Assembly: GCA_030765485.1 (NCBI GenBank)
Contig: JAVCCR010000032.1
Location: forward strand, 166,289-230,288
DNA length: 64,000 bases
Source of the DNA: Candidatus Gygaella obscura
GTDB lineage: Bacteria; Omnitrophota; Gorgyraeia; Gygaellales; Gygaellaceae
Reading direction: 5' to 3'
Shown here: positions 20,722-29,449 of the stretch, one piece after another
Position numbering within the stretch: position 1 is the stretch's first letter
How the letters are laid out: the number at the start of each line of letters is the position of its first letter
Notes under the pieces: generated by a model
Told to the model about the DNA's origin: nothing
What the model saw: only the letters and a program-made list of their open reading frames with translations
Database searches by the model: none
Position numbers and translations under genes: made by a program

Positions 20722-22443
20722 ATGGTTAAATCATTAAGAGATAAAATTCTTGATTTTTTACTTGAGGAAAAACGGATTACAAGAAGCGATATAGAGAGGT
20801 TTTCTAAGCTTCAGGAGCAAAGCAATCTTAAGATTGAAGCTATTTTGATTGATAATGCTATAATTTCTGCACAGGAGTATTTGTCTATGCTGGCAAAAGA
20901 AACTAATACTCCAGTAGTATGTCTTGAAAAAATAGATTGTGATCCGGAAATTTTAAATATTATTCCTGAAAGGATATGTCAGCAGTATAGTATTTTTCCT
21001 GTTGCAAAATTGGGGAATCTTTTAACTTTGGCTATGTCAGATCCAATGAATATTTTTGCTATGGATGATATAAAGTCTTTAACTTCTTTAGAAATCAATA
21101 CAATTTTAGCCAGCGAAGAAGATATTAAAAAGAATATACAGTTTTGGTATGAGGAGTCAAAGAATAAGGATATATCTGAACTTATCGGAGAAGTCAATGA
21201 AGATGAAATAAATGTAGTCGGAGAAGGAAAAAAGAGAGAATTTGAGGGCCAGTTTGATTTAGACAGAGCAATGCTTGAAGCTGAAAAGTCTCCTGTTATC
21301 AAACTTGTTAATCTTATGCTTTCAGAGTCATATCAGAAAAGGGCATCGGATATTCATATTGAACCAGAAGAGGATTTTTTAAGAGTTCGTTACAGAATTG
21401 ATGGAATGTTGCATGATGCTTATCAGATACCGAAAGATAAGCAGAATGCCGTAATTACACGTTTAAAAATAATGTCTAATTTGGATATTACGGAGTTCCG
21501 TATTCCTCAGGACGGTCGTTTTAAAATCCGTTTGGGTCAGAATGAAGTGGATTTCCGTGTTTCCATATTACCGATCAGTTTTGGGGAAAAGGTAGTTTTG
21601 CGTTTATTGGATAAACGTAATCTTTCGATTGGTTTGGAAAAGTTGGGGTTTTTAGCTGAGCCCATGCAGAAATTCAGAGATTGTATCAATAAACCTTATG
21701 GGATGATTCTTGTAACTGGTCCTACTGGTTCTGGTAAATCGACTACGCTTTATTCGATTATCAATCAGCTCAATACTCCTACGACGCATATAATTACTGT
21801 TGAGGACCCGGTAGAGTATCAGATCGAAGGTATAGCCCAGATTCCGGTTAAGCCGGATATTGGTCTTACGTTTTCAGCAGGTTTGAGAGCACTTTTGCGT
21901 CAGAGTCCTGATATTATATTAATTGGTGAGATTAGAGATTCTGAAACTGCAGATATTTCCGTTAAGGCATCTTTGACGGGGCAGATGGTTTTATCTACGT
22001 TACATACCAATGATGCCGCAGGGGCTATAACTCGACTTATTGATATGGGGGTAGAGCCGTTTTTGGTTTCTTCAAGTTTAATCATGACTTGTGCTCAGAG
22101 ATTAAGTAGAAAGATTTGTAGTAATTGCAAGGCAGAATATAAACCTGATCCGACTGTAGTGAAAAATCTGGGAATAAAATTAGAAAAAGGTTCAGTTCTT
22201 TATCACGGAAATGGATGTTCTCATTGTAATAATACAGGTTACCGTGGTAGAATAGGGACAATTGAAGTTTTGGTTATTGACGATAAGATTAGGGAGATGA
22301 TTATTGAAAGAGTTTCATCTGATGAAATCCGTGATTATGCTGTAACCCAGGGCATGGAGACATTGAGGGACAATGGCATTCGTCAGGCTCTCATAGGTTT
22401 AACTACCTTAGAAGAGGTTTTAAGGATAACCTCAGAGGAATAA
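20722..22443 (+). CDS. pilB: Type IV pilus / T2SS assembly ATPase (PilB/GspE family), copy 2
   Basis: ASDIHIEP, RYRIDG, GPTGSGKSTT, TVEDPVE, LRQSPD..IGEIRD, STLHTN, CSNC..CSHC. Confidence 0.9.
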   Translation: MVKSLRDKILDFLLEEKRITRSDIERFSKLQEQSNLKIEAILIDNAIISAQEYLSMLAKETNTPVVCLEKIDCDPEILNIIPERICQQYSIFPVAKLGNLLTLAMSDPMNIFAMDDIKSLTSLEINTILASEEDIKKNIQFWYEESKNKDISELIGEVNEDEINVVGEGKKREFEGQFDLDRAMLEAEKSPVIKLVNLMLSESYQKRASDIHIEPEEDFLRVRYRIDGMLHDAYQIPKDKQNAVITRLKIMSNLDITEFRIPQDGRFKIRLGQNEVDFRVSILPISFGEKVVLRLLDKRNLSIGLEKLGFLAEPMQKFRDCINKPYGMILVTGPTGSGKSTTLYSIINQLNTPTTHIITVEDPVEYQIEGIAQIPVKPDIGLTFSAGLRALLRQSPDIILIGEIRDSETADISVKASLTGQMVLSTLHTNDAAGAITRLIDMGVEPFLVSSSLIMTCAQRLSRKICSNCKAEYKPDPTVVKNLGIKLEKGSVLYHGNGCSHCNNTGYRGRIGTIEVLVIDDKIREMIIERVSSDEIRDYAVTQGMETLRDNGIRQALIGLTTLEEVLRITSEE

Positions 22444-22444
22444 A

Positions 22445-25400
22445 ATGCAAAAAGATTTAATTATCTATATTGATGAGTTGACCGAACTTTACAATAGAAG
22501 ATATCTTTCCCAGGTTTTTCCCAAGGAACTTAAAAAAGCTCAGGAAAAAAATTACAGTCTTTGGTTTTTTATGATGGATTTAGATAATTTTAAAGGCATC
22601 AATGATACCTTGGGTCATTTGGCCGGAGACGATGCTTTAAAAAGTCTCGCGGTGGTTTTGAAAAAGAATATGCGCGAGCAGGATATACTTTTTCGTTATG
22701 CAGGTGATGAATTTTCCGCAATTATCCCCGGTGGTACGCTTTCTGATGTTCTGGCGGTAGCTAAAAGAATTCTAGAAAACGTTGCCAGGTCCTCTTTTGG
22801 CAGTAATCCTATGCAGCCGGCAATGAAATTCACGGTTAGTATCGGTATTTCTTGTTTTCCTGAAGATGCAGTCGATACCCTGCGTTTGATTGATTTGGCT
22901 GACAAAGCCCTTTATGTATCGAAAAGAAAAGGTAAAAATCATATTTCCGTCGTTAGCGATGTGCCTCCAGAAGTTTTAAGTCTGTATCAGATTTTAGAAA
23001 AATTTCCTTGTCCTGTTTTTATCGATAGAGTAGAAGAATTAAACCAGCTTTTTAAAGCTACAGACGAATTTATAGCGCATAAAAAGAAAAAGAACATTTT
23101 TATATTCGGAAATTCCGGAATAGGAAAGACAAGGATTTTACATGAGTACGGAAAGAGAATTTCCAGTAAAAACATAAGCTTGATAGTTTCGCACGCAAAC
23201 GAAAAAGACATTTTTACAAATTATCATATTTTTATCGATGGTATTAGCGATTATTTCAAGACGCATAGTTTTCAGATGGAACTGCTGGAAGGTTTAGATG
23301 ATAAGGCTAAGTCAATTTTGGTAGGTTTTATTCCGGATTTGAAACGATTCGTAAGCGTTTCCGATACAGAACTTAAAAATCTTTCTGGTAAATCAATTAA
23401 GGATGAAGAAATAAAGATTATTTTCAAGAAATTTATTTCTAATATATGCAAAAAGCATTCTTTGTGTTTTGTGGTTGATGACCTGCAGTGGACAGATAAG
23501 GCAAGTTTGGATTTATTAAAGGAATTTAATTCCATAGAAGAAAGTCTGATGGTTATTGCTGCGGTTTCTAATGATTATGTTGTGCAAAAGGATAACCTTG
23601 TTCCTTTAAGCGATTTTATAACTAAGCATAGTTTATCTTTTGAGAGGCTTGATGTTAAACCATTTGAAAAAGAACAGGCTGCTAAGATGGTTAATGCTGT
23701 TTTTAATTCTTTGGATAATTTGAACGAATTTACATCGTTGTTATTTTCTGTTACCAAGGGTTCACCTTTATTTATTGAAGAGCTTCTAAAGTATTTTATA
23801 AATCGTGGTTTTGTTTTTTATCGTAAAGGAAAATGGGGTTGGTTGGATATAAGAAAAGAAGATCTTCCTTCAAGTATAGAAGAAGTCGTTGCTCAGCGTA
23901 TAAAATCTTTAAGTTCTGAATTAAAAGAGGTCATTACTCAGGCATCTGTAATCGGAGAGGGTTTTGAATTAAATCTTCTTCAGAAGTTAGGTAAAAAGAA
24001 TCAGGGCTATCTTATGGATTTGATTGAAACCGCCAAGAAATCTGGTCTTATCAGGGAGGAAAAAGGAGCTGAAGGCACCAGATTTGTTTTTACTAGTGCA
24101 AAAGTAAAGGATGTTTTATATGGTTTGGCAGATAAAAATGAAATTAAAAATCTTAACCGACAGATCGGACAGATAAAAGAAGAGATTTATAAAGGTAATG
24201 AAGATCAGGTTGCCGGCGAGTTATACTATCGATTTAAAAAGGCAGAAGATGAAAAGAAAGCTACTCGTTATGCAAAGATGGTTAAAGAAGGCCGTTCTTT
24301 TGTTTATGAAAAGAGTATTCATTTTGCCAAGGGTCTTCTGGAAGAAGTACAGGTTACTGAACAGGAAATTCCTGATAAGGTAATTGATGGAGTTTCTGAT
24401 ATTGTACGTCTTATTTATGTTTCCCAAATTAACAGCAGTCTTTATCCAAAGGGCAGCTCCATGCGTACTCAACCTTTGGCAGATTTGATTTCAAAACTAA
24501 AGAATATCTTTGAATATGTTTTGGTGGTAAGTTTTAGTCATTTTAATGAATTTTTAGTTGTTAATAATCGGATTTACGATAATGAGAGCCTTAAGGGAAC
24601 ATTTAGGAATGCATTTATTGGTCTTTTAAAGCAGAACAAGATTGAAAAAATTTCTTTTTTCCCTAGTTTAAGCGTAGAGGAGTTGGAGAATTTTTTAGAA
24701 TTGTTTGAATCAAGTGAAAAAGAAATATTCAAGAATAAATTTAATCAAGAAGAATTTGCTAATATAAAGGTAGAGTATTTAAGTTATGAGAACTATCTTT
24801 CCAAAAGGACCAAAGACAGAGAGCAGTTGCAGGATATTATGCTTTTGGATTATCTTTTAGGTAAAGTTCCTGGAGAAGGCATAGGGGGCAAGATGGATAT
24901 TCTTGATAAAATCCAGACACATAGTCAGGATATAGCTTCTGCTCTTACCAAGATGGCGGATAAAGTTAGCAAGCAAAAAGGAGTTGATAAGGATTCGGCA
25001 AGGGCAGATATACTTTCTGATAATTTTAAGAAAATATCTCAGCATATATTTAATAAAGGAGAAGGGGCCTGGGATAAGTATAAGAAAGGGCTTGCCAATA
25101 CAATACTTTCACTTGAACCTAATCTGCGCGATGAGGTTTTACATAAACAACTTGAAGAGGATAAGAAAAATGCCGCGCTTGAAAATAATCAGTCTGCTTC
25201 TGATACATCCGAAGAAGCTGTTTCTTTTGATAATACAGATGAATCGACTGGTAATTTAAAAAAAGATGCTTTGAAAGATCAGCCGCAGCAGGATATTATC
25301 AAGGCCTTAGCAGGAGAATTTCCCGAAGATGTTGTTCTGGATTTGATAAAGAAGGAATATAAAGATGGCGACAATAGCCCCGAGCAGTTTAAAGAGATAG

Positions 25401-26608
25401 TTCTAAAATTCTTGCCTGAAGATAATGACCAGAAAAAAACCTTGATGGATAAGATTAGTAAGCTTTTAAAAGAAGAAGGGGCTTCGGAAGAAGAGTTGAA
25501 GTTTCTTACTCAGGAAGAATTCTGGCCAAAACTTGGATTTAGTGAAAAGATTATAGATTTTATGAATATGGCTTCAGATAGATATGTATATATTTCCAAC
25601 AAATACGGGTTTAATCCGGTTATGGAGTTTGCGCTTTCTTCAGAGACAGGAGAGGTTAAAAAAATACTTGAACGCTTGGTTTATTTTATTGAGTCGGATA
25701 GCTTAGAAGCAAAAAAGATAGCCAAGCAGGACCTTCTGTCCTTGATTGATCTGGTGTTTACTTATAAGAAAAGCGAATTTTTAGAATTGTTAATTAATAC
25801 ATTTATCGCTGAATTGCGCAAAGAGCATAATGAAGAAACTACCAGTATATTTATTAATCATATTGAAAAACTTACTTATGTTGTTTTTTCTATGGCAGCT
25901 TTTGATTTATTCTCCAAAGTAATTAATGAATTAAAAAAACTTGTTGCAGAAGATAACACTTCCGAAGATATGAAGGCAAATCTCAGTTTGGTTTTATCTC
26001 ATATTTGCTCAGATGAAATAGTTCAACGATTGATTGAAAGATTATTTAATTATGTTGATAGCAATGAGGATTATTCTCAAATTATTCAGATTTTTGTTGC
26101 CATCGGTAAGCAGGCAGCGAATAGATTGATTGATGAGGCAATGTTTGAGAAAAACATAAATGTTGTAGGTTATTTCGGCGGATACCTTAGAAGAAAGGCT
26201 GTCGGTAATATTTTAAATATGATGGATAAAAATGATGTTATGGAGTTTATAAAAAATAGACTTCAAAACGAGAAGTGGTTTATTGTACGCAATACAATTG
26301 ATTTAATTATGCATATAGATAATCCTGAGTATATTTTACTTCTTGGAATCGTGAAAGATAATAACGATTCGCGCGTAAGAAGAAAACTGCTTTTTGTTTT
26401 GGGTAGGTTTAAGAGCAAGCAGGCATTGGATATTTGTTATTCTCTGGCTAATGACCGTGATGATGCTATTGCTATGGGTTCGATAAAGCTGATTGCTTCT
26501 ATTGGAGATAAAGATTCTCTTGATTTTTTGAACAATTTATCTGTAAAACATTCCTTGCGTGATGAGAAAAATAAAGCTATTGAAGAGCTGAAAGAAAGGT
26601 TAAAATAA
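22445..26608 (+). CDS. Diguanylate cyclase fused to STAND-like AAA ATPase and C-terminal HEAT repeats
   Basis: DELTELYNRR, DLDNFKGINDTLGH, REQD..RYAGDEF; Walker A GNSGIGKT; Walker B VVDDLQWTD; TKGSPLFIEE; C-terminal KWFIVRN..SRVRR HEAT-like repeats. Confidence 0.85.
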   Translation: MQKDLIIYIDELTELYNRRYLSQVFPKELKKAQEKNYSLWFFMMDLDNFKGINDTLGHLAGDDALKSLAVVLKKNMREQDILFRYAGDEFSAIIPGGTLSDVLAVAKRILENVARSSFGSNPMQPAMKFTVSIGISCFPEDAVDTLRLIDLADKALYVSKRKGKNHISVVSDVPPEVLSLYQILEKFPCPVFIDRVEELNQLFKATDEFIAHKKKKNIFIFGNSGIGKTRILHEYGKRISSKNISLIVSHANEKDIFTNYHIFIDGISDYFKTHSFQMELLEGLDDKAKSILVGFIPDLKRFVSVSDTELKNLSGKSIKDEEIKIIFKKFISNICKKHSLCFVVDDLQWTDKASLDLLKEFNSIEESLMVIAAVSNDYVVQKDNLVPLSDFITKHSLSFERLDVKPFEKEQAAKMVNAVFNSLDNLNEFTSLLFSVTKGSPLFIEELLKYFINRGFVFYRKGKWGWLDIRKEDLPSSIEEVVAQRIKSLSSELKEVITQASVIGEGFELNLLQKLGKKNQGYLMDLIETAKKSGLIREEKGAEGTRFVFTSAKVKDVLYGLADKNEIKNLNRQIGQIKEEIYKGNEDQVAGELYYRFKKAEDEKKATRYAKMVKEGRSFVYEKSIHFAKGLLEEVQVTEQEIPDKVIDGVSDIVRLIYVSQINSSLYPKGSSMRTQPLADLISKLKNIFEYVLVVSFSHFNEFLVVNNRIYDNESLKGTFRNAFIGLLKQNKIEKISFFPSLSVEELENFLELFESSEKEIFKNKFNQEEFANIKVEYLSYENYLSKRTKDREQLQDIMLLDYLLGKVPGEGIGGKMDILDKIQTHSQDIASALTKMADKVSKQKGVDKDSARADILSDNFKKISQHIFNKGEGAWDKYKKGLANTILSLEPNLRDEVLHKQLEEDKKNAALENNQSASDTSEEAVSFDNTDESTGNLKKDALKDQPQQDIIKALAGEFPEDVVLDLIKKEYKDGDNSPEQFKEIVLKFLPEDNDQKKTLMDKISKLLKEEGASEEELKFLTQEEFWPKLGFSEKIIDFMNMASDRYVYISNKYGFNPVMEFALSSETGEVKKILERLVYFIESDSLEAKKIAKQDLLSLIDLVFTYKKSEFLELLINTFIAELRKEHNEETTSIFINHIEKLTYVVFSMAAFDLFSKVINELKKLVAEDNTSEDMKANLSLVLSHICSDEIVQRLIERLFNYVDSNEDYSQIIQIFVAIGKQAANRLIDEAMFEKNINVVGYFGGYLRRKAVGNILNMMDKNDVMEFIKNRLQNEKWFIVRNTIDLIMHIDNPEYILLLGIVKDNNDSRVRRKLLFVLGRFKSKQALDICYSLANDRDDAIAMGSIKLIASIGDKDSLDFLNNLSVKHSLRDEKNKAIEELKERLK

Positions 26609-26610
26609 TA

Positions 26611-27081
26611 ATGCCTTTTAAAAGACAGTCGATATATAAGAAGCAATTATTGGGCCAGATTTTTTTAAAAAGCGGGATTATCTCTAAGGAGCAGCTTAAG
26701 GAAGCGCTTGAAACACAGAAAAAAGAGGGTGGGTTTTTAGGAAGCGTATTGATTAAGCTTGGTTATTTGACTGAGATGGATTTGGTTACAGGTTTGTCTA
26801 GCCAGTGCAGTATACCTTATTTGCCGCCTCAAAGATATAAAATACCGAAAAGTGTTTCTGAAATCATGACTGAGGATTTTTTAAGAGAGAATAGTTTTGT
26901 TCCTATTGATAAATTTCACGATACTCTGACAGTTTGTATGGTTAATCCTTTAAATGATCGGGCAATAAGCGAGATTTCACGAGTTAGCAATATGGAAGTT
27001 CTTGCCTGTATTGCCACAAAGGAAGAAATAGAAAAAACAATTAATAGCTTATTTAAGAAAAATTCTAAAAATGGATTGTAA
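26611..27081 (+). CDS. Second stand-alone MshEN / T2SSE_N domain protein
   Basis: LLGQIFLKSGIISKEQLKEALETQ and FLGSVLIKLGYL..L..Q motifs; no ATPase domain. Confidence 0.85.
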   Translation: MPFKRQSIYKKQLLGQIFLKSGIISKEQLKEALETQKKEGGFLGSVLIKLGYLTEMDLVTGLSSQCSIPYLPPQRYKIPKSVSEIMTEDFLRENSFVPIDKFHDTLTVCMVNPLNDRAISEISRVSNMEVLACIATKEEIEKTINSLFKKNSKNGL

Positions 27082-27110
27082 TTGTACACATATTATTATA
27101 CAATTAAAAT
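27076..27110 (+). promoter_or_regulatory. Putative internal promoter(s) and palindromic operator before pilC
   Basis: TTGTAA-17-TACAAT and TTGTAC-17-TAAAAT overlap the inverted repeat TAATTGTA-N12-TACAATTA (27079-27106). Confidence 0.4.
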
Positions 27111-27143
27111 ATTACTTGTTATATTTAAAGAAAGGATTTTTAA

Positions 27144-28349
27144 ATGCCACAATTTAAATATTACTCAAAAGACAAAAAAGGAGCTTCTGTAAATGGTATC
27201 CTTGAAGCGGAAAATAAAAACGTTGTAATTGAAGAATTAAGGCGTAGGCAGTTAACTATCATTACCTTAAAGGAAGTAAAGAAGGCCTTTAGTTTTGGTG
27301 GTAAGAAAAAGGTTTCTTCGGATGATTTGGTTATTTTCTCCCGTCAGTTAGCCACAATGGTAAATTCTGGCATACCGTTAGTTCAGTCTTTGGATATTCT
27401 AGGTGAACAACTTGATAATAAGCAATTCCGTTCGATAATTATGACTATTAGAGATGATATACAGACAGGTCTTAGCTTATCCGGTGCGTTTGCAAAACAC
27501 CCCAGTGTTTTTTCTACACTTTACATAAACATGGTAAAAGCTGGGGAGACTTCTGGTATGCTTGATGAGATTTTAGATCGGCTTGCTATCTACTTGGAAA
27601 AGTCCAATTCTTTAAAAAAGAAGATAATGGCAGCTATGATTTATCCTGCTTTGGTTTTTAGTATGGCGATAATAATCACTTCCGGTCTTTTGATTTTCGT
27701 TGTCCCTCAGTTTAAATCGATTTTTAGTTCTTTTGGCGGCAAACTTCCATTACCTACGGTTATTTTAATCGCTATAAGTGATAATTTTGCAAAGATTATA
27801 CCTTCTTTGATTGTGCTAATAATTATTACTGCGGTTGTATTTTCCCGGGTCATTAAAACTCCGAAAGGAAGATTCAAATTTGATCAGTTTAAGCTAAAAG
27901 TGTTTATTTTCGGTAAGATGTTTCAGATGGTGGCAGTAAGTAGGTTTTCTAGGACATTATCTACGTTAGTCAGAAGCGGCGTTTCTATTTTAACTGCCTT
28001 AGATATAGTTTCTAAAACAACGGGAAATAAAGTTATTGAACAGGCATTGGATAATGTAGGTGCTAATATAAAAGAAGGTAAATCCATTGCTTTGCCTTTG
28101 GCTGAGGCTAAGGTTTTTCCTCCTATGGTTGTAAGGATGATTTCTGTAGGTGAGCAGTCAGGAGAGTTAGAAAAGATGCTTACTAAGATCTCTGATTTTT
28201 ATGATGAACAGGTGGATATTGCCGTATCTGGACTTTCCAGCGTAATAGAGCCTGTAATTATTATATTTTTAGGTCTTGTTATTGGCTCAATCGTTATTGC
28301 CATATTCTTGCCGATATTGAAGATGTCTTCTCTTGTCGGAGGAATGTAA
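27144..28349 (+). CDS. pilC: Type IV pilus / T2SS inner-membrane platform protein (PilC/GspF)
   Basis: FSRQLATMVNSGIPL, AGETSG.L, AMIYP, GEQSGELEKML, IEP.II, FLPI. Confidence 0.95.
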   Translation: MPQFKYYSKDKKGASVNGILEAENKNVVIEELRRRQLTIITLKEVKKAFSFGGKKKVSSDDLVIFSRQLATMVNSGIPLVQSLDILGEQLDNKQFRSIIMTIRDDIQTGLSLSGAFAKHPSVFSTLYINMVKAGETSGMLDEILDRLAIYLEKSNSLKKKIMAAMIYPALVFSMAIIITSGLLIFVVPQFKSIFSSFGGKLPLPTVILIAISDNFAKIIPSLIVLIIITAVVFSRVIKTPKGRFKFDQFKLKVFIFGKMFQMVAVSRFSRTLSTLVRSGVSILTALDIVSKTTGNKVIEQALDNVGANIKEGKSIALPLAEAKVFPPMVVRMISVGEQSGELEKMLTKISDFYDEQVDIAVSGLSSVIEPVIIIFLGLVIGSIVIAIFLPILKMSSLVGGM

Positions 28350-28353
28350 AAGG

Positions 28354-28824
28354 ATGAAGAAAAGTTTTTCTCTTATAGAGCTGGTGTTTGCTCTTGGGAT
28401 ATTGGCTCTTGTGGCAGCGACTTTTATGATGAGTTTTGCTAATTACTCTAATCTTAATGAAACTAATATAAATATTAATTTAGCTACCATAAAGGCAAAG
28501 TCTATTGCTGAAGAGCTGATTTCAATCAATGATTCTGATCAGGGGCATTTGAAGACTGCAAAAAATGCCTGTGGTACTATGAAAGTAGTGGAAAGCGGTG
28601 AATTAACCGGTGTGGGCCAATCCGGAACCGGTATATACTCAGTGTTGGTAAAATGTTTAAAAAATTCCAGTGGAACTAGTTGTTTGGATCAGACATTTGA
28701 TGTAAGTGTAATAGTTTGTTGGGTGCAGTCAAACGGCAGATTGATTGGTATAAGAGACGATGATAATGAAGAATGTACGGTTTCTAATTACGGGTATAAT
28801 ACTAGCTTTACTACTGATAATTAA
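28354..28824 (+). CDS. Minor pilin/pseudopilin (PilV-like)
   Basis: MKKS|FSLIELV plus hydrophobic helix; Cys-containing globular head. Confidence 0.75.
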   Translation: MKKSFSLIELVFALGILALVAATFMMSFANYSNLNETNININLATIKAKSIAEELISINDSDQGHLKTAKNACGTMKVVESGELTGVGQSGTGIYSVLVKCLKNSSGTSCLDQTFDVSVIVCWVQSNGRLIGIRDDDNEECTVSNYGYNTSFTTDN

Positions 28825-28827
28825 GTT

Positions 28828-29442
28828 ATGATATTGAACAAAAAAATTAGATCTAACAAGGCTTTTAGTATATTAGAATTAGTTACATCAATGACGATTT
28901 TTTCATTTTTGACTATATTTTTGTTTTCCGGCATTATCACTGTGCGTAATATCTGGCTGAAGTCTTCAGCTAAATTAAAGCTTACGGATGAATTGACCAA
29001 CGCTTTTGAGGTTATGAAAAATGATTTGTCTTATGCTGTTTCGAACAGGCTGAAGGTTTCGTCGTTATCAGCCGATTACTGCGCTGCAACTAGCGCCAGT
29101 AGCGGAGTTTTGATTTTATTCCCAGTACCTACCGTAATCAGCGGAAGTTATTTTAGTAGTTCCGGTAGTGTGCAAATAGGTTGTGATGGAGATAGCAATA
29201 AAAGAATCAGGTATAGGGTTGATGGTAAAAAGTTACTTAGAGAGATAGTCAGTGCAACTTCACCCTGCCATGCGCATGAGACGAAAGCCTTGGTTTATAA
29301 TATGGATACTGATTCTCCTATTGGATTTAGTTTTGACGGTACATATAAAACTTTAACCATTACTATGAATTTAGAAGATAGCGATTTTCAGGATAATGAG
29401 GTTGTCTTAAGTTTCGAGGAGACAGTTTATCTAAGGAATTAA
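28828..29442 (+). CDS. Minor pilin/pseudopilin (PilW/GspJ-like)
   Basis: NKA|FSILELV helix, M.NDL, RIRYRVD, C-terminal V.LRN. Confidence 0.78.
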   Translation: MILNKKIRSNKAFSILELVTSMTIFSFLTIFLFSGIITVRNIWLKSSAKLKLTDELTNAFEVMKNDLSYAVSNRLKVSSLSADYCAATSASSGVLILFPVPTVISGSYFSSSGSVQIGCDGDSNKRIRYRVDGKKLLREIVSATSPCHAHETKALVYNMDTDSPIGFSFDGTYKTLTITMNLEDSDFQDNEVVLSFEETVYLRN

Positions 29443-29449
29443 AAAGGAA

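Noticed and set aside
18990-22443. One of the two ATPases being PilT/PilU
   Set aside because: Both are ~575 aa with N-terminal extension domains and Cys4 zinc motifs, and both lack the AIRNLIRE motif.
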